Shown here: one piece after another, positions 19,361-30,023 of the stretch
Numbering within the stretch: the first letter of the stretch is position 1
Layout: each line of letters starts with the position of its first letter
Source of the DNA: a virus
Taxonomy: Duplodnaviria > Caudoviricetes
Length of the DNA stretch: 52,330 nt
Virus record (IMG/VR): IMGVR_UViG_3300030385_001830
Location: 1 to 52,330 of that record
Reading direction: 5' to 3' (one strand)
Notes under the pieces: model-generated
Told to the model about the DNA's origin: nothing
Database searches by the model: none
Seen by the model: the letters and a program-made list of their open reading frames with translations, nothing else
Program-made: the position numbers and the translations under genes

Positions 19361-20817
19361 ATAATCCATTCCTTATAGCCCTCTGCCATCACCAGAGAAC
19401 TGATATTTATTTTATTGCGTAGGGCTTGCAGAATTTTTTCGTCAATCGTTCCTTTGGTTATTATGTCTATATAGGTAACTTTATTAGTCTGGCCTATACG
19501 GTGCGCTCTATCTTCACTTTGAAGCCTAACTTCTAAATCATAGCCATTACTGTAATAAATCACTGTTTTTGCTTCAGTTAATGTAAGGCCGTAACCACCT
19601 GTTCTTGGCTGTCCTACAAAGAACCGTAAAGGGTGGGCTGGGTCTTGAAACTTCTCTACAATGTCTTGTCTTTCTTCACCTTTTGTTGCTCCATAAAACG
19701 TCTCCACAGTTTCTGGGCCATACTCTGCTGCTATGGCAGTGCGTATAGAAAGAATATCATGGGTAAAGTTTGCCCAGATAATAACCTTTCCATCTGTTTC
19801 CTCTAATACAGCTAAAAGCTCTTTGGGCTTTTGGGTATCTACAGTTACTATGCTCCCGTCCTCTAACTTGGCAAAGCCTGAACATACCTGTTGCAGCCGT
19901 AAAATTTGAGTAAGGATAGTAGATGCAGTAATCATGCCCTTTTGCTCTACAAAAGCTATGGCATGGCTCTTTAAGTCTGAATACAGCTTTTGTTGCTCTT
20001 TAGTTAGTTCTACCTCTCGCTTTATATACACCTTATCGGGTAAATCTAAACAATCCTCTTTTCTTACTCGATAACTAAAAGGAAGAAGTAAGCGATTGAG
20101 TTCTGTTAAATTTTGAAATCCCACCACCGCATGAAAGCTGTGTGTCCCTACTGTACGTCTTACCAACTTGGCATACCTGTTTTGAAATGACCAATAGGAA
20201 CTCTGATTTAAACATTCTTCTTGTAAAAACTCACATTGAGAATACAGGTCTATAGGGCTTTTAGTTACAGGGCTACCAGTTAAGATACGCCGATACCCTG
20301 AAAATTTACTTAGCTTAATTAAATTTTTAGTTCTAGCTGCCTTGGGGGATTTAATGGTGGTGCTTTCATCTATTGCTAGTAGAGCTTTACGGCATTGTAA
20401 AAATTGAGCCGCTTTTTGAAACCCCCGTTTGGTGCTTAATGCTTCAACATTCATTAAAAATATTTTAAGGGTGTAATCTACTTTATCCAGTTTACTTAGT
20501 TCTTTCTCCTTCTTCTTTGTTTTTTCTGGTGACCATGCCACTACTACTGCTTGAATATGATCTGGCAAATGGGTTGGGAGTTCTTTGCGTTCCCAGTTAT
20601 GGTAGACACTCTTTGGTGCAACAATAAGTGCAGAGTCTAAATGCCCTTTGTCATATAGCAGACATATGTTGTCAATGAGGACTTTTGATTTCCCAGTGCC
20701 CATATCCATGAACAGAGCAAAGTACTCTTTATACCAAGATTGTTCCAATGCTTCTATTTGATGAGCATAAGGTTTTAGCTTAAATTTGTATCTCATACCT
20801 GCAATATCTTGCAACAT
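19357..20817 (-). CDS. SNF2-family helicase
   Basis: DMGTGKS Walker A, IDES, LTGSP and QSEDRAHRIGQ motifs; true start may be ATG 20796 (MRYKFK). Confidence 0.92.
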   Translation of the reverse strand: MLQDIAGMRYKFKLKPYAHQIEALEQSWYKEYFALFMDMGTGKSKVLIDNICLLYDKGHLDSALIVAPKSVYHNWERKELPTHLPDHIQAVVVAWSPEKTKKKEKELSKLDKVDYTLKIFLMNVEALSTKRGFQKAAQFLQCRKALLAIDESTTIKSPKAARTKNLIKLSKFSGYRRILTGSPVTKSPIDLYSQCEFLQEECLNQSSYWSFQNRYAKLVRRTVGTHSFHAVVGFQNLTELNRLLLPFSYRVRKEDCLDLPDKVYIKREVELTKEQQKLYSDLKSHAIAFVEQKGMITASTILTQILRLQQVCSGFAKLEDGSIVTVDTQKPKELLAVLEETDGKVIIWANFTHDILSIRTAIAAEYGPETVETFYGATKGEERQDIVEKFQDPAHPLRFFVGQPRTGGYGLTLTEAKTVIYYSNGYDLEVRLQSEDRAHRIGQTNKVTYIDIITKGTIDEKILQALRNKINISSLVMAEGYKEWII

Positions 20818-20888
20818 GGGTATAGCCTCTTTCTATGGCTTACTTTGTAAATGATATGCACCCCATTACGGAGCGCATACCTGATTAC

Positions 20889-21050
20889 TTATTTCGCTCT
20901 TTCATTATTACCAAGCGTTGCTATAGCATTAGCTAAATTCAGAACGGCTTGCGAGTATTTCATCGCTTCGTCTTGATTCTGACTCTGCTCTGCTTTGCTG
21001 ACTAACGACTTTACTGCTGTTTCCCAATACGCCGTGATTTCGTAATTCAT
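20889..21050 (-). CDS. Small helical hypothetical protein, 53 aa (not in ORF track)
   Basis: CAGGAG RBS before the ATG; MNYEITAYWETAVKSLVSKAEQSQNQDEAMKYSQAVLNLANAIATLGNNERAK. Confidence 0.55.
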   Translation of the reverse strand: MNYEITAYWETAVKSLVSKAEQSQNQDEAMKYSQAVLNLANAIATLGNNERAK

Positions 21051-21302
21051 GGGTTCTAACTCCTGAATATATAATGGCGATTTAGGCCCGCCGTTGCCTT
21101 ACTGCTACTTTACTATATAGTGGTAAAATAAAAAAGTAGTAATTTACTTTTAACGACTTTCTATAATATACAATATACAATATATCCTACAGACCCCAAC
21201 TTTCGGGGACGCGCGACTCATTTTCTATTAAAATATATTGGTAAACTTTTTTATTATATGCCTATAATACTAAACCTGCTATATAGCCATGTAGAGAAAG
21301 AC

Positions 21303-21668
21303 ATGACAGTTTACATAGTACAAGAACTTCGGGGAAGAAATTTTGCAGATGCCACCAGTTTCGGTGACTGTGAAATACTACTCCCAGCAGACGTGCAAAC
21401 CAGCTACTCCACTTTACCCACTATTAGGAAGCTAAACCAAAAACTTGCGGGTTTTTGTGATGATGACTATTTGTTATTGGCAGGGGATCCTGCGGCAATT
21501 GCCCTTGCTGCTTCCATAGCGGCTAGGTTCAACAACTCAAAATTTAAAATGCTCAAGTGGGATAGGCTAGAAGAAAAATACTATCCTCTAGAAGCCGACC
21601 TCACTGGTAAAGCAACAACACCAACATGGCAAACAGAAATATTGGAGGGGCCGAATGAAAAGGTTTGA
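21303..21668 (+). CDS. Hypothetical protein, first gene of the replication operon
   Basis: Likely start MTVYIVQE at 21303; DDYLLLAGDP...LKWDR motif. Confidence 0.6.
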   Translation: MTVYIVQELRGRNFADATSFGDCEILLPADVQTSYSTLPTIRKLNQKLAGFCDDDYLLLAGDPAAIALAASIAARFNNSKFKMLKWDRLEEKYYPLEADLTGKATTPTWQTEILEGPNEKV

Positions 21669-22200
21669 AAAAGTCAGCGAGGAATTGCACACTTTAGGTG
21701 ATGAATCATTAAGTGAAGTTAGCAGGTTAGCCAAACAACTCTCAGAGGCCCAACAAGAAGTAGAACAAATTGAAGAATTACTTAGAGTATGGAAAGGTGC
21801 AGCAAGGGAAATTGCAGAACAGTCATTACCAGACGCCATGAGTGAACTTAATCTTTCCGAGCTAACATTAAACGATGGTTCTAAAATTACCGTTAGTAAG
21901 TTTTATCGTACTTCTATTCCTAAAGACAGGGCAGACGAAGCCTTTACTTGGCTCATTGACAATAACCACGGCGACTTAATTAAAAACCAAGTTTCTGTAA
22001 ACTTTGTACGTGGGGAGGAAGAAAAGGCGCAAGAATTTGCGAATAAATTAATTAGTCAGGATATGGCAGTTAATACTCGCAAATGGGTAGAACCCATGAC
22101 CTTAAAAGCATTTTGTAAAGGTCAGACAGAAAAAGGGCACCATATTCCACCAGATTTATTTGGTTTGTATATAGGTGAAAAAGCAAAAATTAAACTATAA
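21655..22200 (+). CDS. Hypothetical replication-module protein
   Basis: GGAGG RBS; coiled coil then AFTWLIDNNHGDLIKN...VEPMTLKAF. Confidence 0.6.
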   Translation: MKRFEKVSEELHTLGDESLSEVSRLAKQLSEAQQEVEQIEELLRVWKGAAREIAEQSLPDAMSELNLSELTLNDGSKITVSKFYRTSIPKDRADEAFTWLIDNNHGDLIKNQVSVNFVRGEEEKAQEFANKLISQDMAVNTRKWVEPMTLKAFCKGQTEKGHHIPPDLFGLYIGEKAKIKL

Positions 22201-22211
22201 GTGAGATACGT

Positions 22212-23006
22212 ATGCCAGAAATAACTGTAAGAAAAGCTACTAGCGTAGCGATAGCAAACAAGCAATTTGAGGAAATCAAAGATACAGGCTGGGATGAAGT
22301 TGAAGCCGAAGATCTTTCCATTCCTTTTGTTCGTATACTCCAATCCGGGAGTCCACAGGTTAAAAAGTCAGATGGTGCTTATCTCAAAGGTGCCCAAGAA
22401 GGCGACCTTTATAATACTGTGCAAAACTGTTGTTACAGTGGGGAAGATGGGATTTTAGTAATACCTTGTTATTACAGTAGGCGTTTTATTGAATGGATTC
22501 CCCGTAGCCAAGAAGGAGGCTACGTAGCTAGTTATACTAAAGATGACCCCATTAAAGGAACCGCTCATAAAAATGACAAAGGGCATGACATATTACCTAA
22601 TGGCAATGAATTAGTGAATACGGCACATTTTTACAGTTTGCTGCTTAATGCTGAAACAGGCCGTCCAGAACATGTGCTAATAACCATGTCTAGTACGGCA
22701 CTTAAAAAAGCACGGGCTTGGACTACAATGGCCCAATCTAAAACATATCTAAATTCTGGTGGGCGTACACAAATCCAACCCTTAATGGCGCATGTTTATA
22801 AATTGTCTACAGTTCCTGAAACTAATTCTTCAGGGACATGGGTAAATTGGAAAATAGAACATGAACGTCCATTAGATCTCGAGGATGAAAACGATCTCAG
22901 TATGTTTGAACTTGGTGTGCTGTTTGCTAAATCTGTTAAAGCGGATGAAGTAACCCCAGTTGAACAACCTGTTCATATAGAAGATGCTGATAATTCAGTC
23001 ATGTAA
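22212..23006 (+). CDS. Putative single-stranded DNA-binding protein
   Basis: DLSIPFVRILQSGSPQV motif, acidic C-terminal tail, located before the primase. Confidence 0.6.
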   Translation: MPEITVRKATSVAIANKQFEEIKDTGWDEVEAEDLSIPFVRILQSGSPQVKKSDGAYLKGAQEGDLYNTVQNCCYSGEDGILVIPCYYSRRFIEWIPRSQEGGYVASYTKDDPIKGTAHKNDKGHDILPNGNELVNTAHFYSLLLNAETGRPEHVLITMSSTALKKARAWTTMAQSKTYLNSGGRTQIQPLMAHVYKLSTVPETNSSGTWVNWKIEHERPLDLEDENDLSMFELGVLFAKSVKADEVTPVEQPVHIEDADNSVM

Positions 23007-23026
23007 TAGTTTCTTAAGGAAGTTAC

Positions 23027-24550
23027 ATGACATTAGAAGAAGAATTTAATAGCCTTTTTAAAGGCAGTGATATTGCTCATGGCACGTATGTTGTTAATGG
23101 CAGTAGGGACAGTGATGGAAAAAAGCAGGGAACTGCTAAGGTTATAAGAGAACCACCGTCTCCTGAGCTTTGGGGAAAGCACCTGAAAGGGGGAACAGGC
23201 TTAGGGATAATTCCTATCCGGAGTGATAACACTTGTCAGTGGGGAGCCATTGACATTGATGAATATGACATTGAACACAAAATACTGGTTCAAACTTTAA
23301 GATCCAATAAAATTCCTGCCGTAGTAGGTAGAACAAAAAGCGGTGGGGCGCATGTATGGATATTTTTAACAGAGCCAGTAGATGCTGCGGACATGCAAGG
23401 GAGACTGACCGAATTAGCGGCTGCGTTAGGATATTCTGGTAGTGAGATTTTTCCCAAGCAAACTACCATTCTTCTTGATAGAGGAGATACGGGCAACTTT
23501 TTAAACATGCCTTATCATGCAGCCAAGAACAGTACGCGCTATGCGTTTGATGATGAAGGAAATGGTTTAACAGCCACACAGTTTATTGAGTATGTTCGCC
23601 CTTTTATTTCCACTCCTTCCATTTTTAATAAGTTAGACTTTAGTTTTGGTATAAAAAAGCAAAAACACTTAAAGCAGGGGCCTCCTTGCTTGCAGCATTT
23701 ATGCGTTCAAGGCTTTGCAGAAGGGTCACGCAACAATGCCCTTTTTAATTTAGGGGTTTATGCTCGTCTTTCTGATATTGAAAATTGGGAAACCTTAGTA
23801 CAACGATACAATATTGACTACCTGCACCCGCCATTAAATCATGGTGAGGTAGGAACAATCATTAAACAACTCAACAAGAAAGAATATTTCTACAAATGTG
23901 AAGACCAACCCATTAAACCCTTCTGTAATAAAGAGGTATGTAAAAGTCGTAAATTTGGAGTAGGGCTTGGTACATTAGGAAGTGACCTAAGTAGCTTAAC
24001 CAAAATTGATGGAGATCCTCCCATTTGGATTTTAAATGTAGACGGTAACAGGGTAGAACTTTCTACCACCGGATTAACTTCTCAAACACAGTTTCAGAAA
24101 GAATGTGTAAGTCAGATAAATAAATTTCCATTAACAGTTGCTCAACGGGCATGGCAGGTTAGAATACAAACACTGTTGGATACTTTAACAGTGGTTGAGG
24201 TTCCACCAGACGCCACATTCAAAGGAGAATTTGAAGAATTAATGTATGCCTTTGCAGCAGAAAGAGCCAAAGGTGAAGAAAAAGAAGATATTTTACAGGG
24301 AATTGCAGTATGGATAGATGAACGGGTGTACTTTCAAGTTAAAGATTTGAAGAAGCACTTAACAGTTAATGATTTTAACCACTACACATCCAACAAAATT
24401 ACATTAAGATTACAAGACATAGGTGCAGAAAAAATGTTTTGGAGAACAAGAGGAAAAGGGGTACATGTGTGGTCTTTGCCACAGTCCTATTTTTCCGAAT
24501 CTGAAATTGAAATACCACTTCCACCAATCCCCCAAAAAGAAATTCTTTAA
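23027..24550 (+). CDS. AEP-superfamily primase with PriCT-like domain
   Basis: WGAIDID, RTKSGGAH and GNFLNMPY AEP motifs; PPC..EGSRNNALF. Confidence 0.85.
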   Translation: MTLEEEFNSLFKGSDIAHGTYVVNGSRDSDGKKQGTAKVIREPPSPELWGKHLKGGTGLGIIPIRSDNTCQWGAIDIDEYDIEHKILVQTLRSNKIPAVVGRTKSGGAHVWIFLTEPVDAADMQGRLTELAAALGYSGSEIFPKQTTILLDRGDTGNFLNMPYHAAKNSTRYAFDDEGNGLTATQFIEYVRPFISTPSIFNKLDFSFGIKKQKHLKQGPPCLQHLCVQGFAEGSRNNALFNLGVYARLSDIENWETLVQRYNIDYLHPPLNHGEVGTIIKQLNKKEYFYKCEDQPIKPFCNKEVCKSRKFGVGLGTLGSDLSSLTKIDGDPPIWILNVDGNRVELSTTGLTSQTQFQKECVSQINKFPLTVAQRAWQVRIQTLLDTLTVVEVPPDATFKGEFEELMYAFAAERAKGEEKEDILQGIAVWIDERVYFQVKDLKKHLTVNDFNHYTSNKITLRLQDIGAEKMFWRTRGKGVHVWSLPQSYFSESEIEIPLPPIPQKEIL

Positions 24551-26070
24551 TGAACATTGTATTGGGGCCTCCAGGAACCGGAAAAACCACTAAGCTACTA
24601 TCCCTTGTAGAATTCTATTTGAATAAAGGGGTGGCCCCCGATAGAATTGGGTATTTTGCCTTTACCCGCCGCGCAGCTAATGAAGCGGTAGAAAGAGCAT
24701 GTTCTCAATTTTATTTATCAAAGAAAGACCTACCCTATTTTCGTACTCTTCACAGCTTGGCTTTTGTACAAGGAGGACTCAACCACAGCCAAATAATGAC
24801 GGATTCCAAATATCAGGAAGTAGCAGACTGGTTAAAAATAGGTAGTTTTTATATTAACCATAATGCTAATGATCAAGGGCCATATAAAGATTCTGGATAT
24901 GGGGATAAGTTTTTAGAAATCATAAATATTGCCAAAATTTTACAGCAGCCATTACGAAAAATTTATAAGGAAAGCATCGTTCCTCTTAAAACAGATTGGG
25001 CTAGAGTAGAATATGTAAGCAAAGGATTAGAACAGTGGAAAAAAACCCATCACCTTTTTGATTTTACAGACATGTTAGAATATTTCAATAAAAATAATTT
25101 AGCCCCCAAATTAGAAGTTTTATTTATAGATGAAGCCCAAGATTTAAGCCCCATCCAATGGGAAATGGTAAGGTTATTAGAAAATAATAGCCAAGAATGT
25201 TATATAGCAGGAGATGATGATCAAGCAATCTTCCGTTATGCAGGGGCAGATGTACAACAATTTATAAACTTAGAGGGGGAAGTGACCCTTTTAAACCAAA
25301 GTTATCGAATCCCAGCAATGCACCATGAATTATCTACCAGAGTTATTAGCCGAGTTAAAGGCCGCAGGAAAAAAGAATTTTCTCCAAGAAACGAAAAGGG
25401 AGGAATTTATTGGCATAGCCATTCCGAAGAGGTAGATATTTCAGAAGGAGACTGGCTCTTGTTGAGCAGAACAACCAGAGGAGCCAAACAAATAGAGGAA
25501 GAGGTACGTAGAAGGGGACATCTTTACAGTTACCGTAGTTCTAAAAGTATCGACTCCAAAGTTTTAGAGGCAGTGCGGTTATGGGAATTTTTGTTAGAGG
25601 GTGAAAGTATCACAGCAGAAAAAGTACGGTTGGTTTACCAACAGATGCTTTCTCGATCACAAATTGCGTATGGGCAAAAAGGAATGCCCCAAGGTCTAGA
25701 GGGCCAGTTTTATTCACTAGGAGACTTAAAACGGGATCACGGGTTATTACATACTTTGCCGTGGGACACAGGGTTAGGAAAAATTAGTGAACGAGACAGA
25801 ACCTATATCATAGCCTGTTTACGCAAGGGAGAATCTCTAAATACAGAACCCCGTATACGGATTTCAACTATACATTCTGCTAAAGGAGCTCAGGCAACAA
25901 ATGTTATGTTACTAACAGACACCATGAAAAGACCTTACTCCATGTGGCGTAAGCCAGATCATTATGAGGATGACGAAGCAAGAGTATTCTATGTTGGTTT
26001 AACGCGAGCATTTGAAAATTTACATTTAGTACATCCCATGTATAGTCAAGGTTATAGCTTACCTTACTAG
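24550..26070 (+). CDS. UvrD/Rep-family SF1 helicase
   Basis: GPPGTGKT, IDEAQD, GDDDQAIF, STIHSAKG and YVGLTRA motifs. Confidence 0.92.
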   Translation: MNIVLGPPGTGKTTKLLSLVEFYLNKGVAPDRIGYFAFTRRAANEAVERACSQFYLSKKDLPYFRTLHSLAFVQGGLNHSQIMTDSKYQEVADWLKIGSFYINHNANDQGPYKDSGYGDKFLEIINIAKILQQPLRKIYKESIVPLKTDWARVEYVSKGLEQWKKTHHLFDFTDMLEYFNKNNLAPKLEVLFIDEAQDLSPIQWEMVRLLENNSQECYIAGDDDQAIFRYAGADVQQFINLEGEVTLLNQSYRIPAMHHELSTRVISRVKGRRKKEFSPRNEKGGIYWHSHSEEVDISEGDWLLLSRTTRGAKQIEEEVRRRGHLYSYRSSKSIDSKVLEAVRLWEFLLEGESITAEKVRLVYQQMLSRSQIAYGQKGMPQGLEGQFYSLGDLKRDHGLLHTLPWDTGLGKISERDRTYIIACLRKGESLNTEPRIRISTIHSAKGAQATNVMLLTDTMKRPYSMWRKPDHYEDDEARVFYVGLTRAFENLHLVHPMYSQGYSLPY

Positions 26071-26137
26071 CTATGTGAAAAATAAAATGGCATACTTTTA
26101 TATGGTAATAAATTGTTCTCACAGAAAGGAGAAATAG

Positions 26138-27208
26138 ATGGCTATTAGACCAAAAGGTTTTAACGGAAAACCTCCTGTAAAACCAGGAGATATTCAGAAG
26201 TTAGAAGTAACAAAAGAATTTTATAGGTGGATAGTAGAACGCCATGAAATCTATCGTCGCCGACTAGACGGTTATCCTTATCCATGGACAGAAGACCCTG
26301 TCTTAAATCGCTACAAATTCACTAACCCCTTTAGAGAAAATGATGCAGACACTATATGGATGCGTGATTATTTTAGGCCTGACATTTTAAACAAAAAAAT
26401 CGGTTTTGCTGATATCAACCATAATATAGTTAATGCCGCATTGTTTAGAATGATAGGCACCCCCGAATTTGCACAAGAGTTTTTAGAGCAGCATAGGTGG
26501 ATAACTAAAATTAATTACAACCCCGAGTTAATTAAAAAAATAATAAAAGACCGGCTGGCTGCAAAGAAAAAATGCTTCACGGGTGCATATATTGTTACTA
26601 ACCAAGGGATTAAAGCACCCAAGGCTGATGTGGTAATAGATGAATTTATCACACCACTGGCTAAGACACTTCAATACCCTTACACACTTCCCATAGAAGG
26701 CGCAATTTTCAATAGACCTGTTTTAGATTGCATGGAAGATTTACATTCCCTATTGAAAAAGTTTAAAGGGTTTGGGGGTGGAGGTTTTATGGCCTACGAG
26801 GTAGTTACTGATGTAGCTAACATGCCTTTTTATAATCCACTAACAATGAAAATGCGCCATCCTGCCAAGTATATTAGTGACAGGTACCGTTGGGCTAATG
26901 CAGGTCCCGGAGCCATACGAGGATTAAACCGTATATATGATTTTCCTTATAAAGCACGTATGCCGCAAAAAGACGCTAACCTTAGAATGCGAGAAATCAT
27001 AGGGCATAAGTACCTAGCGCATCAATTAGCCGAAGAAAAGGGTTATGACCCAATAGAATTTAAAGACATAGACATGCGCTGCATAGAACACAGCTTATGT
27101 GAATTTGATAAGTATTGCCGAGTTTGTTACAAACAAGGCAAACCCCGTTCTGTTTGTAAATATGACCAAGGGGAAATTTATCCTATTAAGGAAGGCCCAG
27201 TTAAATGA
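26138..27208 (+). CDS. 5-hmdU DNA kinase helical-domain (aGPT-Pplase1-like) DNA base-modification protein
   Basis: ERHEIYRRR...PWTEDPVLNRYKFTNPFRE, GFGGGGFMAYEVVTD, GPGAIRGL and IEHSLCEFDKY motifs. Confidence 0.8.
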   Translation: MAIRPKGFNGKPPVKPGDIQKLEVTKEFYRWIVERHEIYRRRLDGYPYPWTEDPVLNRYKFTNPFRENDADTIWMRDYFRPDILNKKIGFADINHNIVNAALFRMIGTPEFAQEFLEQHRWITKINYNPELIKKIIKDRLAAKKKCFTGAYIVTNQGIKAPKADVVIDEFITPLAKTLQYPYTLPIEGAIFNRPVLDCMEDLHSLLKKFKGFGGGGFMAYEVVTDVANMPFYNPLTMKMRHPAKYISDRYRWANAGPGAIRGLNRIYDFPYKARMPQKDANLRMREIIGHKYLAHQLAEEKGYDPIEFKDIDMRCIEHSLCEFDKYCRVCYKQGKPRSVCKYDQGEIYPIKEGPVK

Positions 27209-28548
27209 AAATATTAATGACGCTTTACCAAATACAAGATTATGGTGGGATAATTAACCACCTTGAAAATCTTACACATGGGTTCAGGCGTAATGGTCAT
27301 CAAGTGGATGTGGTTATGTTATGCCCTAAGCATAAGATAACTAACGTAAAATCTAAACGGGACGATTGGCAAGTTAATCCCGAGGGCACAGGTTATAAAT
27401 TTAACCAAGCTAGAGGATGGACAGGGTTGCCTAAAGTACCCTACCTAAATGCAGCCGCTCGAGAAGCCTTCAGAGACCGCTGCGAGGAATATGATGGGGT
27501 GTTGTGGCATATACCTGTGCCTACCTTAAACAAGGAAAATAAGGGGGTCTCAGAGTGGGTAGAGTTATACAGCTCACGAGCTAAGAACTTTGCTATTCTT
27601 CATGATGGTAACTTCCCTAAGCTGTACCCTCACTTAAACCATGTCAAACATTATTTTAAAGGGTTGATATGTGTACATGAGGCAGCTTACAATGCAGCAG
27701 CCGCTATTGACCTAAAACGTATACTAATTGTTAATCCCTTTGACCTACACACATGGCGTAGAAACCCTGAAGGCTTTGCGCCGTTGAATTTTAATGAAAG
27801 AAATGGGTTTACTTCAGTACAAATATTCAAAGCATGGAAAAGGGTAGACGAATTAATACGCGCTATTCCTTTAATGAACAGCACTCAACACAAACGTATT
27901 GGGGGAGCGGGAATTGAGTACCGCTATATGACAAGCAAGGATAAGTGCAAACCTAAATATTATAACGAACAGGGAGAAAAAATTTGGGATGCAGCTTTAA
28001 AAAGAGGGATGCTGTATTTGGGAACTATCCCAAACTCTAGTGTGTATGCCCATTTAATGCAATCTAAATTACAGATAGACCCAAGCTGGTCTCACAAGTA
28101 TGCAGCCTACGGAGCTCACTTTAACCGCACAACCGTAGAAGCCATGATATGTGGTGCAGTCCCTATGGCAACTGACCTAGGAATGATAGACAGTAAAATA
28201 TTTAAACCAGATATTAACTATGTACAAATTCCCCACGATACCACTCCCAATTATTACGCTGCCCTACTTGACCATTGTTTAAGTGAAGATTATAAGGTGC
28301 AGTGGGAAACAATACGCCAGAACAACTTAGAGTTAATACCAAGGTTTGATTTACAAACAGTGGCGGGTGCTTATGGATATGTTATTCAATGGTCAAATTT
28401 TGCTGATCGAACCACAAACCAATATAGTGCTGAAAAAGGTGAGTTAAGTGACGAAGTAAGGGAAGCATCTAAGAAAAACCTAAAGTTCTTTGGGATAACC
28501 ACAACCGATAATTATAAGGAAAGTTTGGATTTATTTAGGACACACTAA
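27205..28548 (+). CDS. GT-B glycosyltransferase, probably DNA-modifying
   Basis: N-terminal YGGIINHLENL..G..RNGHQV, WKRVDELIRA and C-terminal FNRTTVEAMICGAVP (GT-B donor-binding motif). Confidence 0.75.
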   Translation: MKILMTLYQIQDYGGIINHLENLTHGFRRNGHQVDVVMLCPKHKITNVKSKRDDWQVNPEGTGYKFNQARGWTGLPKVPYLNAAAREAFRDRCEEYDGVLWHIPVPTLNKENKGVSEWVELYSSRAKNFAILHDGNFPKLYPHLNHVKHYFKGLICVHEAAYNAAAAIDLKRILIVNPFDLHTWRRNPEGFAPLNFNERNGFTSVQIFKAWKRVDELIRAIPLMNSTQHKRIGGAGIEYRYMTSKDKCKPKYYNEQGEKIWDAALKRGMLYLGTIPNSSVYAHLMQSKLQIDPSWSHKYAAYGAHFNRTTVEAMICGAVPMATDLGMIDSKIFKPDINYVQIPHDTTPNYYAALLDHCLSEDYKVQWETIRQNNLELIPRFDLQTVAGAYGYVIQWSNFADRTTNQYSAEKGELSDEVREASKKNLKFFGITTTDNYKESLDLFRTH

Positions 28549-29534
28549 TGTATACGTTTACCGCCAGAGGGCCAAGTGAGGGATTATTCCTTGTTAAACA
28601 AGCACTAGAAGAGGTAGGAAAACCCATTGTTACACGCAATGGCGCAGCTTTAGAATTTGTTTCCCCCGTTTTAATTCACTATACTCACCCTAAAGAAAGA
28701 GTACTTTTTTACAAAGAAAGAGACGCTAATCCTTTTTTCCATTTAATGGAAGCCTTATGGATGTTAGCAGGACGCAGGGATGTAAAGTTTGTAAACAACT
28801 TTAATGGACGCATTAAAGACTATTCTGATGACGGTGAAATTTTTCACGGGGCTTATGGATACAGATGGCGCAACTGGTTTAAAAAAGACCAACTAGACGT
28901 AGCAGTAGAGAGATTATCAAAGTGGCCTCATGACAGAAGGACAGTAGTGTCCATGTGGGATGCTAATACTGACTTAATAAAAACCAATGAACACAAAGAC
29001 TTACCCTGTAATACCGCCATTTTTTTCAAACAAAGAAACAACAAGCTAGACATAACAGTTACTAACCGTAGCAATGACCTTATATGGGGTACCTTTGGAG
29101 CCAACATGGTTCACATGTCTATTTTACAAGAATATATGGCAGCAAGATTAGGGTGTGAAGTAGGGAGCTATTACCATTTTACCAATAACCTTCATGCTTA
29201 TGAAGATGTGCTGGCAAAAATTAAGCACATAAAACCTGAATATGACCCTTACCTTACGCTAGGAAAAGATGGTCTTTCTTATAAGCCCCCTTCTTTTGTA
29301 GAGGCACCTGATTATTTTGATAAAGAGTTACAACAATGGTTTAAGGATAGAGACCGAACCCTTTTTGCCAATGAGTACTTATTTAGAACATGCAGCATGG
29401 TAAGGTCAGCGTGGAAATGTTTTAAAGAAGATAATTTAAAAGGGGCGTTTAGTTTTGCAGAGGAAATTAGTGACCGAGCATGGCAAAAAGCCTGTATTGA
29501 ATGGCTAACAAGGAGGGAGATAAAAAAGAGATGA
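28548..29534 (+). CDS. Thymidylate synthase homologue, likely dUMP hydroxymethylase
   Basis: GAYGYRWR, DLPCN catalytic Cys, RSNDLIWG..GAN (Asn at the specificity position points to dUMP) and NNLHAYE. Confidence 0.8.
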   Translation: MYTFTARGPSEGLFLVKQALEEVGKPIVTRNGAALEFVSPVLIHYTHPKERVLFYKERDANPFFHLMEALWMLAGRRDVKFVNNFNGRIKDYSDDGEIFHGAYGYRWRNWFKKDQLDVAVERLSKWPHDRRTVVSMWDANTDLIKTNEHKDLPCNTAIFFKQRNNKLDITVTNRSNDLIWGTFGANMVHMSILQEYMAARLGCEVGSYYHFTNNLHAYEDVLAKIKHIKPEYDPYLTLGKDGLSYKPPSFVEAPDYFDKELQQWFKDRDRTLFANEYLFRTCSMVRSAWKCFKEDNLKGAFSFAEEISDRAWQKACIEWLTRREIKKR

Positions 29535-29869
29535 GCGAAATAAAGGTAAAAAAACTAAATCTAAGTAACCAACTTCAGAAGGCAGAATCTATTGCTTTAG
29601 CTGATATCCTTGCTTTAAATGCAGCGGAAGCCAACTATGGGGATAGTTGGAAAAAGCGTGGAGGTGTGGGTGCCTTTATGATGTTAGCCCGCAAGTGGGA
29701 CAGAATAGAAAACCAAGTTTCACCACGTCGCCGCAATAAAAATTATCCCACCTATGATATATTTCAAGCTCTCACTACCGATGATAGAGATGAGGGTATC
29801 TTAGATGATGTTAGGGATTTAAGAAGATACTTACTGCTAGTAGAATCTGAGGTATATGTGGGTGAATAA
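29531..29869 (+). CDS. Nucleotide-modification-associated (Nmad1 / MazG-like) protein
   Basis: YGDSWKKRGGVGAFMMLARKWDRIEN...DLRRYLLL; likely ATG at 29531. Confidence 0.65.
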   Translation: MSEIKVKKLNLSNQLQKAESIALADILALNAAEANYGDSWKKRGGVGAFMMLARKWDRIENQVSPRRRNKNYPTYDIFQALTTDDRDEGILDDVRDLRRYLLLVESEVYVGE

Positions 29870-30023
29870 AAAAGAAATGGATAAAGAAGTATTAGCTGTT
29901 TGTAAATGTGGAAAAGAATACAAAGCAATTTCTTTTCGCACTATAAAGAATAAATGGCCTCAGTGTGAGTGCAAACAACCCATGATAATTAAACCCAATT
30001 CCCCCTTACCACATAAAATTTAA
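29862..30023 (+). CDS. Small Zn-ribbon protein, 53 aa (not in ORF track)
   Basis: CKCG...CECKQPM; fills the gap between two coupled genes. Confidence 0.5.
   Translation: MNKKEMDKEVLAVCKCGKEYKAISFRTIKNKWPQCECKQPMIIKPNSPLPHKI

Noticed and set aside
28548-29534. dCMP hydroxymethylase (T4-like glucosyl-hmC pathway)
   Set aside because: The specificity residue after RSND..WG is Asn (dUMP type), not Asp, and the neighbouring gene belongs to a thymidine-modification family; not fully excluded without an assay
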